The position numbers and the translations under genes are program-made. Positions 23,566 through 36,574 of a stretch of DNA of 64,000 bases are shown piece by piece (the stretch's first letter is position 1; the number at the start of each line of letters is the position of its first letter). The stretch is from the NCBI RefSeq assembly GCF_964194025.1, contig NC_134470.1, positions 73,594,001 to 73,658,000 on the forward strand. The letters run 5' to 3'. Source of the stretch: Convolutriloba macropyga. Lineage: Eukaryota. The notes below the pieces were generated by a model that did not search any database, was not told the DNA's origin, and saw nothing but the letters and a program-made list of their open reading frames with translations.

Positions 23566-26369
23566 AAAAGCAATCATCTGAAATAATTCAATGGCTTCAT
23601 TTGCATCTGCAAACAAACCGTTGACAACTGTCATTATCCAGACTCTCATACGACTACGAAAAGAATAACTAGAGACAAAAATTAAAAAGTCATTTCAATT
23701 CTGCGAGACAACGGTTTCGAAGCCTATAGGATCACAATATTTTAACGAAAAATGTTAAACATAGTCAATTGCGCCTTATACCAAAGTCATTAATCTGATG
23801 TTTGACTGTTCATTAATGTGCCATTAGAGTGATGATCGGACAAGACAGCAAAAGAGTACCTCAAAAATTCGAAAATGTCAAAAAAATTAACAAAAACTCG
23901 TAATATCAACGCTTAAAATATTCTTTAATTGGGAAAACAACAATTAAATCTATTTTACTATTTACTTAAGAGGGAAGAATTTTTATCTTTAATGAGACTT
24001 TGTTTAATGAAAACGCTGAAGGGTTGCAGAATTAAGATTGAAAGTGGCAATTTTCAAAAAACCAGCTTTCTTAAAACAAAATTTTTGAAAACTTAAGTCA
24101 TTAGAATCATAAGCTTTCAACTTAAAATGGTATTTAATAATTAGTTTATTTTCTGAATGCTTTGGACAGTTCCTTTATGAAACTAAAACAAAAGACGTTA
24201 CATTAACAAGGACTAAAAGCAGAATTCAAAATTTCACGGACATTTTCAAGCAAACGGTGTTGAAGCCAAAATGAATTCTGCTTCTGCTTAAATTGTTATC
24301 TAAGTTCATTGGCGTATTTTTGCACGTCGAAGTTTACTAATCAATAATTGGCTTTTCATTTGAACTCAATTTGATATTAACCTAGACAATTGATTAATTT
24401 GACTCGGTCATAAAGCAACAAAAGAAACCTCAACTTCTGGTAAAGCTCGAGATTTCATTAAGAATTTCAGAAAACAGCTTGTCAGATTCATAAAACCATG
24501 GACTTTACTCATAAAAAGCAATACTTTTTCCTTGGACTTTACTGGTGCAAAAAGGGAACTCTTATTAAATGAAAAAATAATTTCCTGTAATTGGTATGAT
24601 GAATGAAGTGCGAAAAGTATTTCAAAAAGGCAGACCAAAACACGACCCGAACCGTTTTTAATTGTATATCTCAATAATGAACCCCAAAGTGACGTTGCGA
24701 GCCTTGTGCGGCTGCTAGAAACGCAATTTTTTTGGAATATTGCCTGAGACTGATTTTGTCAATCGGAAAACTTAAAATTTAAGAAAATAAACTATGCGAT
24801 TTTATAAATGAAAACAACTAAAATCAAGGTCAAAAAGCAATCATCTGAAATTATTCAATGGCTTCATTTGCATCTGCAAACAAACCGTTGACAACTGTCA
24901 TTATCCAGACTCTCATACGACTACAAAAAGAATAACTAGAGACAAAAATTAAAAAGTCATTTCAATTCTGCGAGACAACGGTTTCAAAGCCTATAGGATC
25001 ACAATATTTTAACGAAAAATGTTAAACATAGTCAATTGCGCCTTATACCAACGTCATTAATCTGATGTTTGACTGTTCATTAATGTGCCATTAAAGTGAT
25101 GATCGGACAAGACAGCAAAAGAGTACCTCAAAAATTCGAAAATGTCAAAAAAATTAACAAAAACTCGTAATATCAACGCTTAAAATATTCTTTAATTGGG
25201 AAAACAACAATTAAATCTATTTTACTATTTACTTAAGAGGGAAGAATTTTTGTCTTTAATGAGACTTTGTTTAATGAAAACGCTGAAGGGTTGCAGAATT
25301 AAGATTGAAAGTGGCAATTTTCAAAAAACCAGCTTTCTTAAAACAAAATTTTTGAAAACTTAAGTCATTAGAATCGTAAGCTTTCAACTAAAAAATGGTA
25401 TTTAATAATTAGTTTATTTTCTGAATGCTTTGGACAGTTCCTTTATGAAACTAAAACAAAAGACGTTACATTAACAAGGACTAAAAGCAGAATTCAAAAA
25501 TTCACGGACATTTTCAAGCAAACGGTGTTGAAGCCAAAACGAATTTTGCTTCTGCTTAAATTGTTATCTAAGTTCATTGGCGTATGTTTGCACGTCGAAG
25601 TTGACTAATCAATAATTGGCTTTTGATTTGAACTCAATCTTGTCTGTAACTACCATAAAAAACGGCAAAAATACTTCAAAAAATATAGAGAGCACCGATT
25701 AGATTAATTTTGAACTATACGCTTCCACAATTGAACTATAACTGGTCCTGCTCTTGCTGCTTCTTCTATGTAATCAAAAAATGTCCCAATTGTCAACAAA
25801 AGAGCTTTTTTGATCAAAATGATGTTATATCAAAAATAAATGATGAAGTTTGGATACTTATCAAGTTATATTACCAAAATTCCTCTATGAATAAATTGAA
25901 AGTGTTAGAAACTTTCTTTGATAGCTAATTTGATATTAACCTAAACAATTGATTAATTTGACTCGGTCATAAAGCAACGAAAGAAACCTCAACTTCTGGT
26001 AAAGCTCGAGATTTCATTAAGAATTTCAGAAAACAGCTTGTCAGATTCATAAAACCATGGACTTTACTCATAAAAAGCAATACTATTTCCTTGGACTTTA
26101 CTGGTGCAAAAAGGGAACTCTTATTAAATGAAAAAATAATTTCCTGTAATTGGTATGATGAATGAAGTGCGAAAAGTATTTCAAAAAGGCAGACCAAAAC
26201 ACGACCCGAACCGTTTTTAATTGTATATCTCAATAATGAACCCCAAATTGACGTTGCGAGCCTTGTGCGGCTGCTAGAAACGCAATTTTTTTGGAATATT
26301 GCCTAAGACTGATTTTGTCAATCGGAAAACTTAAAATTTAAGAAAATAAACTATGCGATTTTATAAATG
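23542..26369 (+). repeat. Recent tandem duplication R2 (23542-24808; 24809-26369)
   Basis: Near-identical ~1.27-kb units; the second has ~290 extra bp (~25639-25927). This explains the twin 88-aa ORFs at 24408 and 25967. Confidence 0.95.
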
Positions 26370-26789
26370 TCGATTTACATTATCAAAAGACCGCAAAAAC
26401 AATTTCCCGAAGACTTTCTGAGAGATCAGAAGCATAGTTAGCTATTATCTGATTAAATAAAAATTTTGTCTTAGTTATTATTTCTGCATCAGCAGTCAAT
26501 TTAGACAATATAGACTTGATGCTCTCTTAATGAAAAAAAATTGCTGAATTTTCGAAAATTTAGCTAAAAGTTTCGCAAAAGTAATTGGTTCGAACATTTC
26601 GCCAAATCTCTTCTATATCTACTCGTAAAACCAATCACACAATTTTCTTACAATTTTATCATATGTTGCAAAAATTTATCAAATTTAAGCAAACAATACG
26701 AAAAATGTGAATAAAACAACGGAAGATAGGCTAAAGTTCACAAATCTGCAGACCTCAATTGTCCTTTCATTTCACCCAAACTAAGACCC

Positions 26790-27800
26790 ATGGTGATGGC
26801 CAAATCTCATGAGACTCACTCAGGCAAAAATTCAACTGAAACAGCAATTCGAATGATGGCTTGGTGACCCGGCATCAGTCAAGATGTTCTTCGATAGGTA
26901 AGTAAATGTAAGGAATGCCAAGAAAACAGGCTTAGCCTGGGGAAAACAGTATCTACTTGGCCGCAAGCTGAAGTTTGAAAAGAACTCCACATGGACTGGG
27001 GCTACGTTAAAGATCAAGGTAATATGTTAGTGGTAGTAGACGCGGGATCAGTTTGGATAGAAGCCTTCCCTGCGGAAAATAGAACCTCACAAACAGTGAA
27101 GGTGCGCTTGAGTCAAATCTTTGCAAGATTTGGGATACCAAGAACCTTAGTATCAGACAATGGTCCTGAGTTTTTGAGCAGTGATCTAATGCAATGGTGT
27201 GAATCACTGGGGATTAAAATGATGGAATCTCACATCTACCATCCAAAAGCAAACGGGATTGCTGAACGAGCGGTCCAAACAGTGAAACGGGCTATTCAAG
27301 GCTGGATTCTAAACCTGAATGTGTTATTTGGCGCTTTCCTACAGCGCGTTTTGATGACACATCAGAGCACTTCCTAGACGCGGGGCAAAACTCCTGTAGA
27401 ACTGCTACTGGGATGCCAAGTAAGACTTCCAGCAGTCACTGAATTTGATCTGTGTCAACGAGCCCTCATCAAACCGACGAACAGTTCACCAACGGTTCCG
27501 GCTAATTTCATTATCCGTAAAGGAATGAGCTTTTCGTTCATTCAGCCCCAGAATTCAAACAAGACAGTGCTTGTTAGTGACAACCAAATTGCACGGCTGG
27601 AACCTGACGACATCAAGACTGAATCTACTGACTCACAGTCTGAGAGCAGTAGGGACGACATAGATGTGGCATCACCCAACAACTCTACTGAAGAAAGCTC
27701 AGTAGTTGAAAGGGAACAACCTTCAGTGGCTACGAGAACTTCAAGTAGAAATAAAAAACAACCAGAAAGATTTGGAGACGCTATTCCTACAAACTTGCTT
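26790..27800 (+). mobile_element. Ty3/Gypsy LTR-retrotransposon integrase remnant
   Basis: HHCC zinc-binding region (SHETHSG...W*PGI..DV...CKEC), catalytic core LHMDW..VVVDAGS.WIEAFP...FARFGIPRTLVSDNGPEF...YHPKANGIAERAVQTVK, and C-terminal RTSSRNKKQPERFGD; stops and frameshifts present; no LTR seen. Confidence 0.93.
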
Positions 27801-30800
27801 AAAAACTTGCTTGATATATCGAGAAGTGGCGAACTTAGCAACTTAAGTTAAAATTTCGATATATAAAAGAAACTTTCTTACCTGATGATTGGTGAAAAGA
27901 AATTGAATAATGGCTTCTAATTTGAACCGAATCGTCGATTCAAATTTGTTCATACAAGTTTATCAGTGTACATAAACCATGAATTTGTGTGATAGATTCG
28001 ACCTTCCCACCAACAGATTTGATCAGAAACCAACTCTCCGACCCTCACAGTAGATAGAAATGACATGTTCTCAGGTAGGGAGAACAATGTGTGAAGTGCA
28101 AAAAAACTGCACTAGTGCTTGCCATATACGGCAAGGGGAAAAACTTGTTCACAACTAATGTGTAAATTAACCCATATCAGTTTATCTTTATCTAGACGGA
28201 TCTGTAAATTTTTATACTGATACGGACTATAAATACCTGTGAAATTTTGTACATTTAGCCCATTTTTAATTCAATTATTAAAATAATAAAATTCACGACA
28301 AACTCCTTGGAAAAAAATTCAGACCATTTTTTTTAATTTCAAATTCTACGCCTGACGACAAGCTTTCTAATGAGACACCACTCACAATCCTGTGCGATGA
28401 ATATATCGATCGAGAAAATTGACCGAACAAAAGGAATCAGTTGAGTATATAGTTCCTGCACCCACTAAAATGGGCCGAAATAGTGAAGGCATATTTTTCC
28501 AAGTGGTAAATTTTGTTTCACAAAATATATTTGGAAAGCAACTCACTGACAAACAGCTAAATAGTAAATTCACGTTGAATATCATCAAGAAGTGAAAATG
28601 AGCATCAACAGTTGCAGAAGAAATTAGTATCAAACAGGATCCAAAATATTTGGATATTCTATCCCAAAATCTTGCTAACTGAGAAGAGTTTTTGAGCAAT
28701 AGGATTTGTGGGGGTGGGGGTTATGAAACTAAATACACTCCCTATATAACTTGGTGAACAAGGTCAGTTGCTCGAGTTTTTCATTCAGTACTAATGAATG
28801 TGACGAAATTAGAGTTTTCTTTCAAAAATAATTTAAAAAAATGAAAACAATAAGAAAACGACAAAATGTTATTCGTCTGAAGTACAAGTTTTAATACACA
28901 TAAACCGAGTTGTCACCCCAAACAGTTTTCGTCCCTATGTCTTCCAAAATTTATAGCATTTTGGAAGGGTATGGGGTTCAAGTAAATTTCAAAGTTTAAC
29001 TTTGTAAATCACAGAAATCAATATGGAACTGGCCTCACGAAAAATAGTTGAATTTTATGTCAACAAAATTAGTTGTGACATACAGATCTCTCATTTCAGA
29101 AAACGCTTTCGAAAATTTAGAAAAAAAATACATTAAAAAGCCAATAGTTGTAGTATTAGCTATCAATTGTACAATAAATTCTGGCTAGTAGACTACTACT
29201 GTTCAAATGTTTCGTAGTTTTACAGGTTAATTAATGTACACATCCAAATAAATTGTATTACATTTTAAACGCCTAAATATGCAATTTTTTCAATTTACAA
29301 AATTGTTTTAAATCTTGCGTTTCGTTCTGCAAGTAAAACGAGTTATTTGGCCAAAGTCAGCACGTTCACAATGTTCCTGTTTTTGTTATTTTTGTAATTT
29401 TGTAAGATTTTTTAAATAGTTTTTAGAGGTGGAGGTTCTTTTTTATAAAAAGCTTAATTCTGAGAAAAAAAACACAGAAAAATTTCATTTTCAAGATTTT
29501 TTTGGGAGATTTTTTATAAATGCTTCTACCTGATAGATCAACTGACCAAAAATCTCATTTTTACCAAAAAAAAAAAGAAATTTTTACTTAAATATCCGGC
29601 TAAGATAGCCTGATCAATTTTATGCCCTTGTTAAGAATTTCTGCAATGTTGCACAAATAAGAAATAAAAACATAACTCCCCATTGCCCCGCAAAATTGTC
29701 TATTTTGTTCGTCTTAAATATATTGCTATTTGTGTAAGCGGCAGGTTCGTTCTCTGTTTTTATTCAGTTCCGTCGCGGGAGCATGATTAAGTACACACAA
29801 TTTTCACTTGCTTTTCAAGATTTTCATACAATCTTTCTCGCGTGCCCCGCTTCCAATAAATTCCCGCCCACTTATCAAAATCCCAAAAGACCAAAAGCAA
29901 TTAAGTTGGGGAAATGAACAAATGTAGAATTCTGAAATTGTGTCGCATATTTTCACGTCTTCAGCAAAACATTTCACGTTTCTTTCATTTCAACGTGTTT
30001 CTACTGCAAGGACTGATTTTTTCATTTAAAACATTTTGATAAAGTTCAAAACTAGTTCATCATTGTATTTTATGTATTCACGCATCAATATGGTTGCAAA
30101 TTAAAGATGTATATTTAGTTGCGCTCGAACTTTCCGGAACTTTAATTAGCGTTTGAAAGGACTATGACGCACTTAAGGCGGCTCAATTTCTAGGGAAAAA
30201 TTGACTGTCTACGAAATTTTGAATCGACTTGACTTTTTCCTATTTAAGTTTAACTCAATTTAAATGAATTGGAGCCTCTTTGCAAATTAAAAATGTTCAT
30301 TTTGCACTATTTTATATGTTGAAGTAAAGACCACGCTTTCTGGGGTGGCTTAAATTTTGCTTGCATCTTTTTGTGTTTGTTGTTAAGAAAAATCACTTGA
30401 AATATTCCAGTGTGAGTGTTTCGAACTTTTCCAGTGACTTAATTGAGTTAATCTGAGTCCGCTTTTAATCTTAAGAGATGTTGGCTGACTTTGAAAGGAA
30501 TAATTGTGCGGCACGCGTCAGCACTTGCTAGCGTTCGTCAATTTACATTTTCTACATATTTTTGCCACAGCCACAAAATTGGATGCCGCCATAAAATTAT
30601 CAAAACAATAGAATATTGACTAAAATTAACCTCCATCTATCGCGAAAGTCACATAAAATTTGTGTAATTGCAACATTTTTTGGAAATTTTTAAATGCAAA
30701 TTATGGCAAAAATTTAAAATTTTGGATCAGGTGAGGATTATAATGAGTGTGTAATTACAGAGCGCGTGGCAGCGCTAGTCAGCGGGCATTTTTTTCCTTC

Positions 30801-31895
30801 TTTTTGAAAGGAAATGAGTAGGGAAAGAATACTTGAGTTAAGTAATGAAAGCTGAGAAATGCCTAATCAAAAGTTAATGACTTATCAAGGAAATAGTATA
30901 TGAAAAGAGATAGGATATCTTCTTTTGACATTTTAAGGAAAAGAACTAAGACTACTGTGGGCCTAATTAACTTGAAAATGTTGCCTCCTCCGTTGAAATC
31001 TTGCTTCTAACGAACAAGCACATTATATGTACACACTTTTAACACTAGAACCTTCTTAAAAGCTTTTTCTTTCTCTTTTTTCCCTTTTTTGTCTTTTTTC
31101 TTAGTTTCCTGCTTTTTAATCGTTGGTTTTAGGAATTTTCCCTGACTTTTTGTTTTCCTATACTCTAATGATATCCGTGTTATTTGTTCTTTTTGTTGAC
31201 AAGAGTGCGTTTTTATCCATCAGAATTTCCTTTTTTGCCTTTTTTCGAGTATCTCTAAATTTGCTCAATTAGCGAGCTTCGTGCATAATGATGTGTTTGA
31301 CCATTATGGTTAGCTTTGTGCAGGAAATGGGAAAATCTATTGACCGTGATAATTATATCTCGCTGGTTGATTTTTGTGATAATTAATCTAGTTTCTAGTT
31401 GTATGAAGTCCGTATTATTAAAAGAGGAATTTCATTAATGATATCTGAATTGCTGTTGTACTTCCTTTTAGAAGAGTCATTGAAATGTAACTCAATACTT
31501 GATTAAATATCGCCAATGGACTTATTAACAAGTAAAAGCTCTCATCAATTTCCAACAAAAGAAAATCCATTCTCATTTGAAAAGCTTTCCAATAAATTAA
31601 AAAATTTCTTTGTTAACAACTGCAGCCTTGCAATTTAGTCAAAATTTGTAGATTTTTCTTGCAAAATTAAATAATGGGTTTATTACAGACGGTAGAGGTT
31701 TAATATTCCTTGTAAACAAAATTTTCAGTGTCAAGGAAACAAACACCCCCACCCCAGTCTCTTCTCTTTTGTGCCCGATCTTTGAGGCAGAAAAATTGAT
31801 GAAAGAATTATCTTAAAGATGTTTTTTGGTCCCGGTTGAGAAATTTTCCTCTTTTCCGCGCAGAGGTTAATTTACCTGTGATTTGGGGGCTGGCC

Positions 31896-31918
31896 GGGTG
31901 GGGCGGGTGGGGGAGGGG
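31896..31918 (+). promoter_or_regulatory. G-quadruplex-forming, GC-box-containing motif
   Basis: GGG-T-GGGG-C-GGG-T-GGGGG-A-GGGG: five G-runs with 1-nt loops, including GGGGCGGG. Confidence 0.5.
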
Positions 31919-32872
31919 TTGAGACAACGAAACTTGTGGGGGTACTTCATGAGTACAAGAGTGTATACATAAAATGCAATATTGGATATGAGATCGTTAT
32001 CAGTAGAGCCTGTGTGATAAGAAGCGAACAAATCCCCCGCAGAGTACCTTTTTAATCGAATCAAGTATATTGGGAAGGTAGAGCAAGAGGGGGGATAATT
32101 TTGCTTGTACAGCTTATAACCCATTTCAATCCAATAAAATAATTGTATATATATGCATACATTTCTTCATAGTTTCCTTCCCCTGAAGCTTAACACACAC
32201 AACACACTACATCTGAGCAGAGTTAGGTAGTTAGTTAGGAATAGTGCTTCCTTTAACAGAGTTAGATAGGTAAAAGGTATACACTCGCGCAGAAAAGGAT
32301 GTTAGGACTTGCTTTCCTCCTTTTTCCATGACCATTAACGAGTCCATTCCATTCAAAATTTCCCCCACTCTCTTTCCCCAATTTTGCCCACTTCTATTTT
32401 TCCTTCATTTTTTCTCCGTCTTTTCATTCCATTTCCCTGCACTCTTTTTTTCTACTTTCTTTCCCATTTTGTTGTATTTTAAACTATTTTTTCTCCATTT
32501 TCCGTTCATTTTGTAGCTTGGTGATTATTTCCTGTGCCTGTTGTGTTGTAGCGAGTAAAATAAGTAAGTAAGTATTCCGTGCCTTTTTTCTTTCATTTTC
32601 TTTCTTTTTCTCTCTGAATGAGAGTATGTACGTGTGTATATCTGTGTGTGAGAGAGAGAATGAAAAGTGTGGTGTGTGCTGATTTGTTCACACGAGTGAC
32701 GCATTTTCCATTCCTTGTCACTCACAAAACGGCAGCCTCCTACTTCTCTATTTCGCTCTACTCTTTTCTTTTTTCTCTTTTCTCGATTCTGTTTGCTTGC
32801 TACTACCTTCCCCCCTCTTTTTCTCCTGCTTCCCAAAACCACTCACTTTCCTTTTCCCTCTTTTTTGTCATT

Positions 32873-32896
32873 CCCTCTCTCTCTCTCTCTCTCTCC
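32873..32896. repeat. (CT)n microsatellite within a long polypyrimidine tract
   Basis: Direct reading of the sequence. Confidence 0.9.
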
Positions 32897-32929
32897 TTTT
32901 CCCATTTCTCTTTCTCTCTTATTTCTAAC

Positions 32930-33279
32930 TTCAGTTTCGAGCACACAACTATTTTAGTCAGTAGCCCAGCAAAGCAAAAGTATATCTATAAAATTGGCAT
33001 AAAACAAACCAAATTTTCGTACTTCATTTTCACCAAAATATTCACAATTCATACTTGGTTCTGAGCGTTGTGACAGAATGAAAAATTGTTGGCTTGTTCC
33101 TCGGTTGAAAAACAAGCCCCTCCTCTCAAACAAACATTCCCCAAATCGGGCAATAAACTAACCTCACTAATCCAGCGTGCCACCCTCCGAAAACAAGCAA
33201 GAACCCTAAATTCTAATTCCCTTGCTGTCTAATTTCCTCCCCAAAGTCAATTCATAACTTTATTCTGACACTGTCACAG
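32930..33279 (+). other. Putative non-coding first exon
   Basis: TCAGTT Inr-like motif at ~32931 after a CT tract; perfect donor CAG|GTAAGT at 33279/33280; only a short uORF inside. Confidence 0.4.
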
Positions 33280-36200
33280 GTAAGTCACTATATTCATATA
33301 CATTTTCCCACTTTTTAGGGATGGGTTATAAACCAGACTGTGTTATAATGTTGCTAAAAACTGTCAATTTTTAAGATATAATGCTCAGTTGAACTGTGCG
33401 CCAAAGATTATAACCAACTTTTTAAAAGTGAGCCATAATCAATATTAACTAGGTGTTCCATCGATAACTTCCCGCTTTTCACTTTTCCACAGTCTGGCTT
33501 AGGGAGGATGCTCCATGTTGTTTGTTTACTTTTGGCCAGTCAATTTAGCCAGATACCTGCCAAGCTGGCTACAAATAGTAAACAACATCGCTTGCTAATA
33601 GACGCCAGGAAAACTAGCAAATGTTTGGCCTGCGCTGTATACGCTTTTTTGCTCAAGAAAACGTTGCGTGTATAATTTGATACCTTTATGCTAATTTTTA
33701 AGAGCAATCGATTGCAATTTGTCGGTTAAATGGTCACTATGTTGCTTGTTTTTTTGTTTTTTTTTTTTGTGCGTGAAAAAGTAAATGCTTTTTAGAGAAT
33801 AAATTTTTTTGTTCAGATTCAATCTTATATAAATTTCTATATGATCTATCTTGCTTGAATTTCTGCTATATTAATTATTCAAAAACGAAACGTAAGAGAT
33901 TTTTAAAAAACGTAAAACATTTGAAACTTAAAAGTTTTCATAAAGTACAGTAAGAAAGCTGCGCTTAGAACGCAAGTTTTATGGAGAAAAAATAACTTAA
34001 TTGTGTTAATTCAAAATCTTTTTTAATTCTCTAATAGCAGTTCTCTGCCCCCCCCCCCTCTGGACAAGTGTATTAGATTATTCAGTTTTGCGATTCCCGA
34101 ATCTCGATCTTGAAATAATTTCTCTTTAAAATCTGCGGCCGTTTCGTCAACTTGATTTATAGCTGTGTCTTCGTAAGCAATAAGGCGTTATTTGGAACTA
34201 TAAACAGAACAAGAAGATGTCTCCGATTTCATATCAGTTGTTATTTGAAAGAGCAATAGTGTGCGCACGCGTTTGAACTTTAGCGTGATGATAATACGCT
34301 TCGTTGGAGACGGGGGAAAAGAGTATTCCTCTCTTATAACCCATTTTGTTCTATATAACTATTGCCACTAACCGCTCACTGAAAAAAAAGAAATACTTTG
34401 GCGTACGCGAAACAGACAAGCGACCTGATTAATTGAAAGTGCTATCCATCTTACTTCATTTTCAGCGTCTTCAGTTTTTCTTCTGTTGTAATCTTTGTGA
34501 AACTGTGTTTGAACAAAAAATCATCCCGTTTTTATCTTGTTGTGATCTAAATTTTCCTTGAAAATCTTTTAACAAAGGAGTTTTAACGAATCTTTTAACG
34601 AAGGAAGTTATATATTTTTCCTTTTGTCCTATTATTATGTGATTTAAACTCGGGAATAATTTTCTTTTTAATAAATCATAATAAATCAGAATAAATCAGA
34701 TTTAGATTTCAGAAAAGCGTTTTTTTTTCAGGTTTAGTCTACATTTTGTAGTCGAGCAGGCCTCGGAGATAAATTTAAACTTTTTTCCGATTATATATCA
34801 GAAATAATCCGCACGATGTGTCTAGAACGAGATTTGATTTATTGAATATTGACGAGTCTCTGAGCACTAAAAAAAAGAAATAGGGGCTTACATACATGTT
34901 TTAAACTTCCATTTTTTCATTTTCCCTCATCTATCATATTCCTGTCTGTCAAAAAGTACATTAGACTCAGACTTTTTGTCTCTTTTCCACTTTTGGAAAC
35001 CTTCGCTTCCTCAAAACTAAATTTCAATCGCTAATTTATACCACAAAAATCTGAAAATTAAGGAAATTTCCATGGTTTAGCCGCTTGTACGCTTTAAAAG
35101 AGAAATTTGTTCATGTTATGATAATGAGGGGACCAAAATGGAATTTAAAATGGCTGAAAAGAGTGAACAAAAATTACATATTCGATACAGGAAGCAAAAT
35201 TTCATTAAAATTAAGCCTTTTTGCCTCAGATTTTCTAACGGCAAGTAGTATTTTAGAATTAGTGTGGTAGCTGCTAGCTTTTTTTTCCGAGCAACTAAGT
35301 AGCTAAGATGTAGTACGAAATATTCTATCGTATATGGTCGCGATAGCCTTAATGGGAAAATGCATAATTCAATATTCAAGTGCAGTATTAGTTTAAAAGC
35401 TGAAGGGCCTGCATTCTGCTCTTAAAGCGGCTTAAAACCACACCATATAACATGGCCGCCGCCATTATAGCACTGCTCAGAATACAGCAACGACTTGCCT
35501 AAGTGACTTTTGTGCGTATTAGAACCACCAACTCGCTGAGTCAGTTCAGCAGTCAAACACGCGCAAAGGGGGAACTAATTGTGAACAAAAAATTAGAAAA
35601 AAAAAATTTTCGGTCTGCTTCCCGTATTTTAAGCGTGAAAGCATCTTAAGCGGTTGTTTTGAGTATTTAATGCTCGTTTTTAGTCGCTCATTATTGACTG
35701 TGCGCTCGGCTCATTTGCTGATTTTGTTCTAAAATGTACTTTAAAAATAAAAAGTTCAAGCTTTTTAGCATTTATTTTTCCTTGTTTGATTTCCGTCTGT
35801 TCGTTTTACACGTTAAGTTGTTTTAATGTCGACTTATTCGATATTTTCAACATACAATTGAATTTGCATTTGTTTCTTTTTAATCAAAAACGGAAATTTT
35901 TAATTTCGAGGGAAGATATTAATTTTAAAATTTTCGAATAGATAAGTTGAACTTAAACTTGTATTGAAAATTAATTATAAATAATTTTAATTTTTTTAAC
36001 CAAAATTGGCTATTTTCGGCAAGCAGTGCTTTGGAAATTTAAAAATAGGTTATAGTTACGATTTTTTTTAAGAATTATATACGGACAAATTTTACTTGGA
36101 TTTTAAATGAAAGTTGAATAGTAAAAAGTTTCGTCTGCTTCAGCAACATAATATATAAATAAATAGTTACTTATGGTGCGGTATGGTATCATGTCTTTTC

Positions 36201-36537
36201 AACCGTACCAAGCTACCCCGCCCACCGCCACCCTCTCCCCTCATCTCACACCCCCTCCCCTTATTGTTCCCAACATGCGATTGGACCCGGTTGTTGCAGT
36301 GTTGGATTTGGCTTTAATCCCTGTAGCTGTCAGGGTAGAAGAAACTGCAGAGCTTTCCTTGTAATTCTACATTTCTATCTCCATTCTTTCCTTGTCTCTT
36401 GCTTCCATTGTCTTGTCTTTCTGGGACCAGATTTTGGGGGCAGGGGAGGGGTCACTTTGGGGGTCTCAGTTGGCAATGTCTTCCCCCTATTACCCCCCGT
36501 AATCTTTGCTACTCTTTCTAGTGCATTTAATTGTTCA

Positions 36538-36574
36538 CGTGCGTGCGTGTGTGTGTGTGTGTGTGTGCGAGTGT
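36538..36574. repeat. (GT)n microsatellite
   Basis: Direct reading of the sequence. Confidence 0.9.

Noticed and set aside
24408-26233. Two nearly identical 88-aa ORFs as a duplicated gene
   Set aside because: Non-ATG start and no recognisable domain; the identity is explained by the recent R2 duplication.
27882-27903. CTGATGA...GAAA hammerhead-like string
   Set aside because: No stem II can form and it is not in a PLE terminal repeat.
32328-33064. F/S/L-rich and K/R/E-rich ORFs
   Set aside because: Artefacts of polypyrimidine and CT tracts. The same applies to ORFs at 9450-9870, 36761-36958 and 63346-63633.
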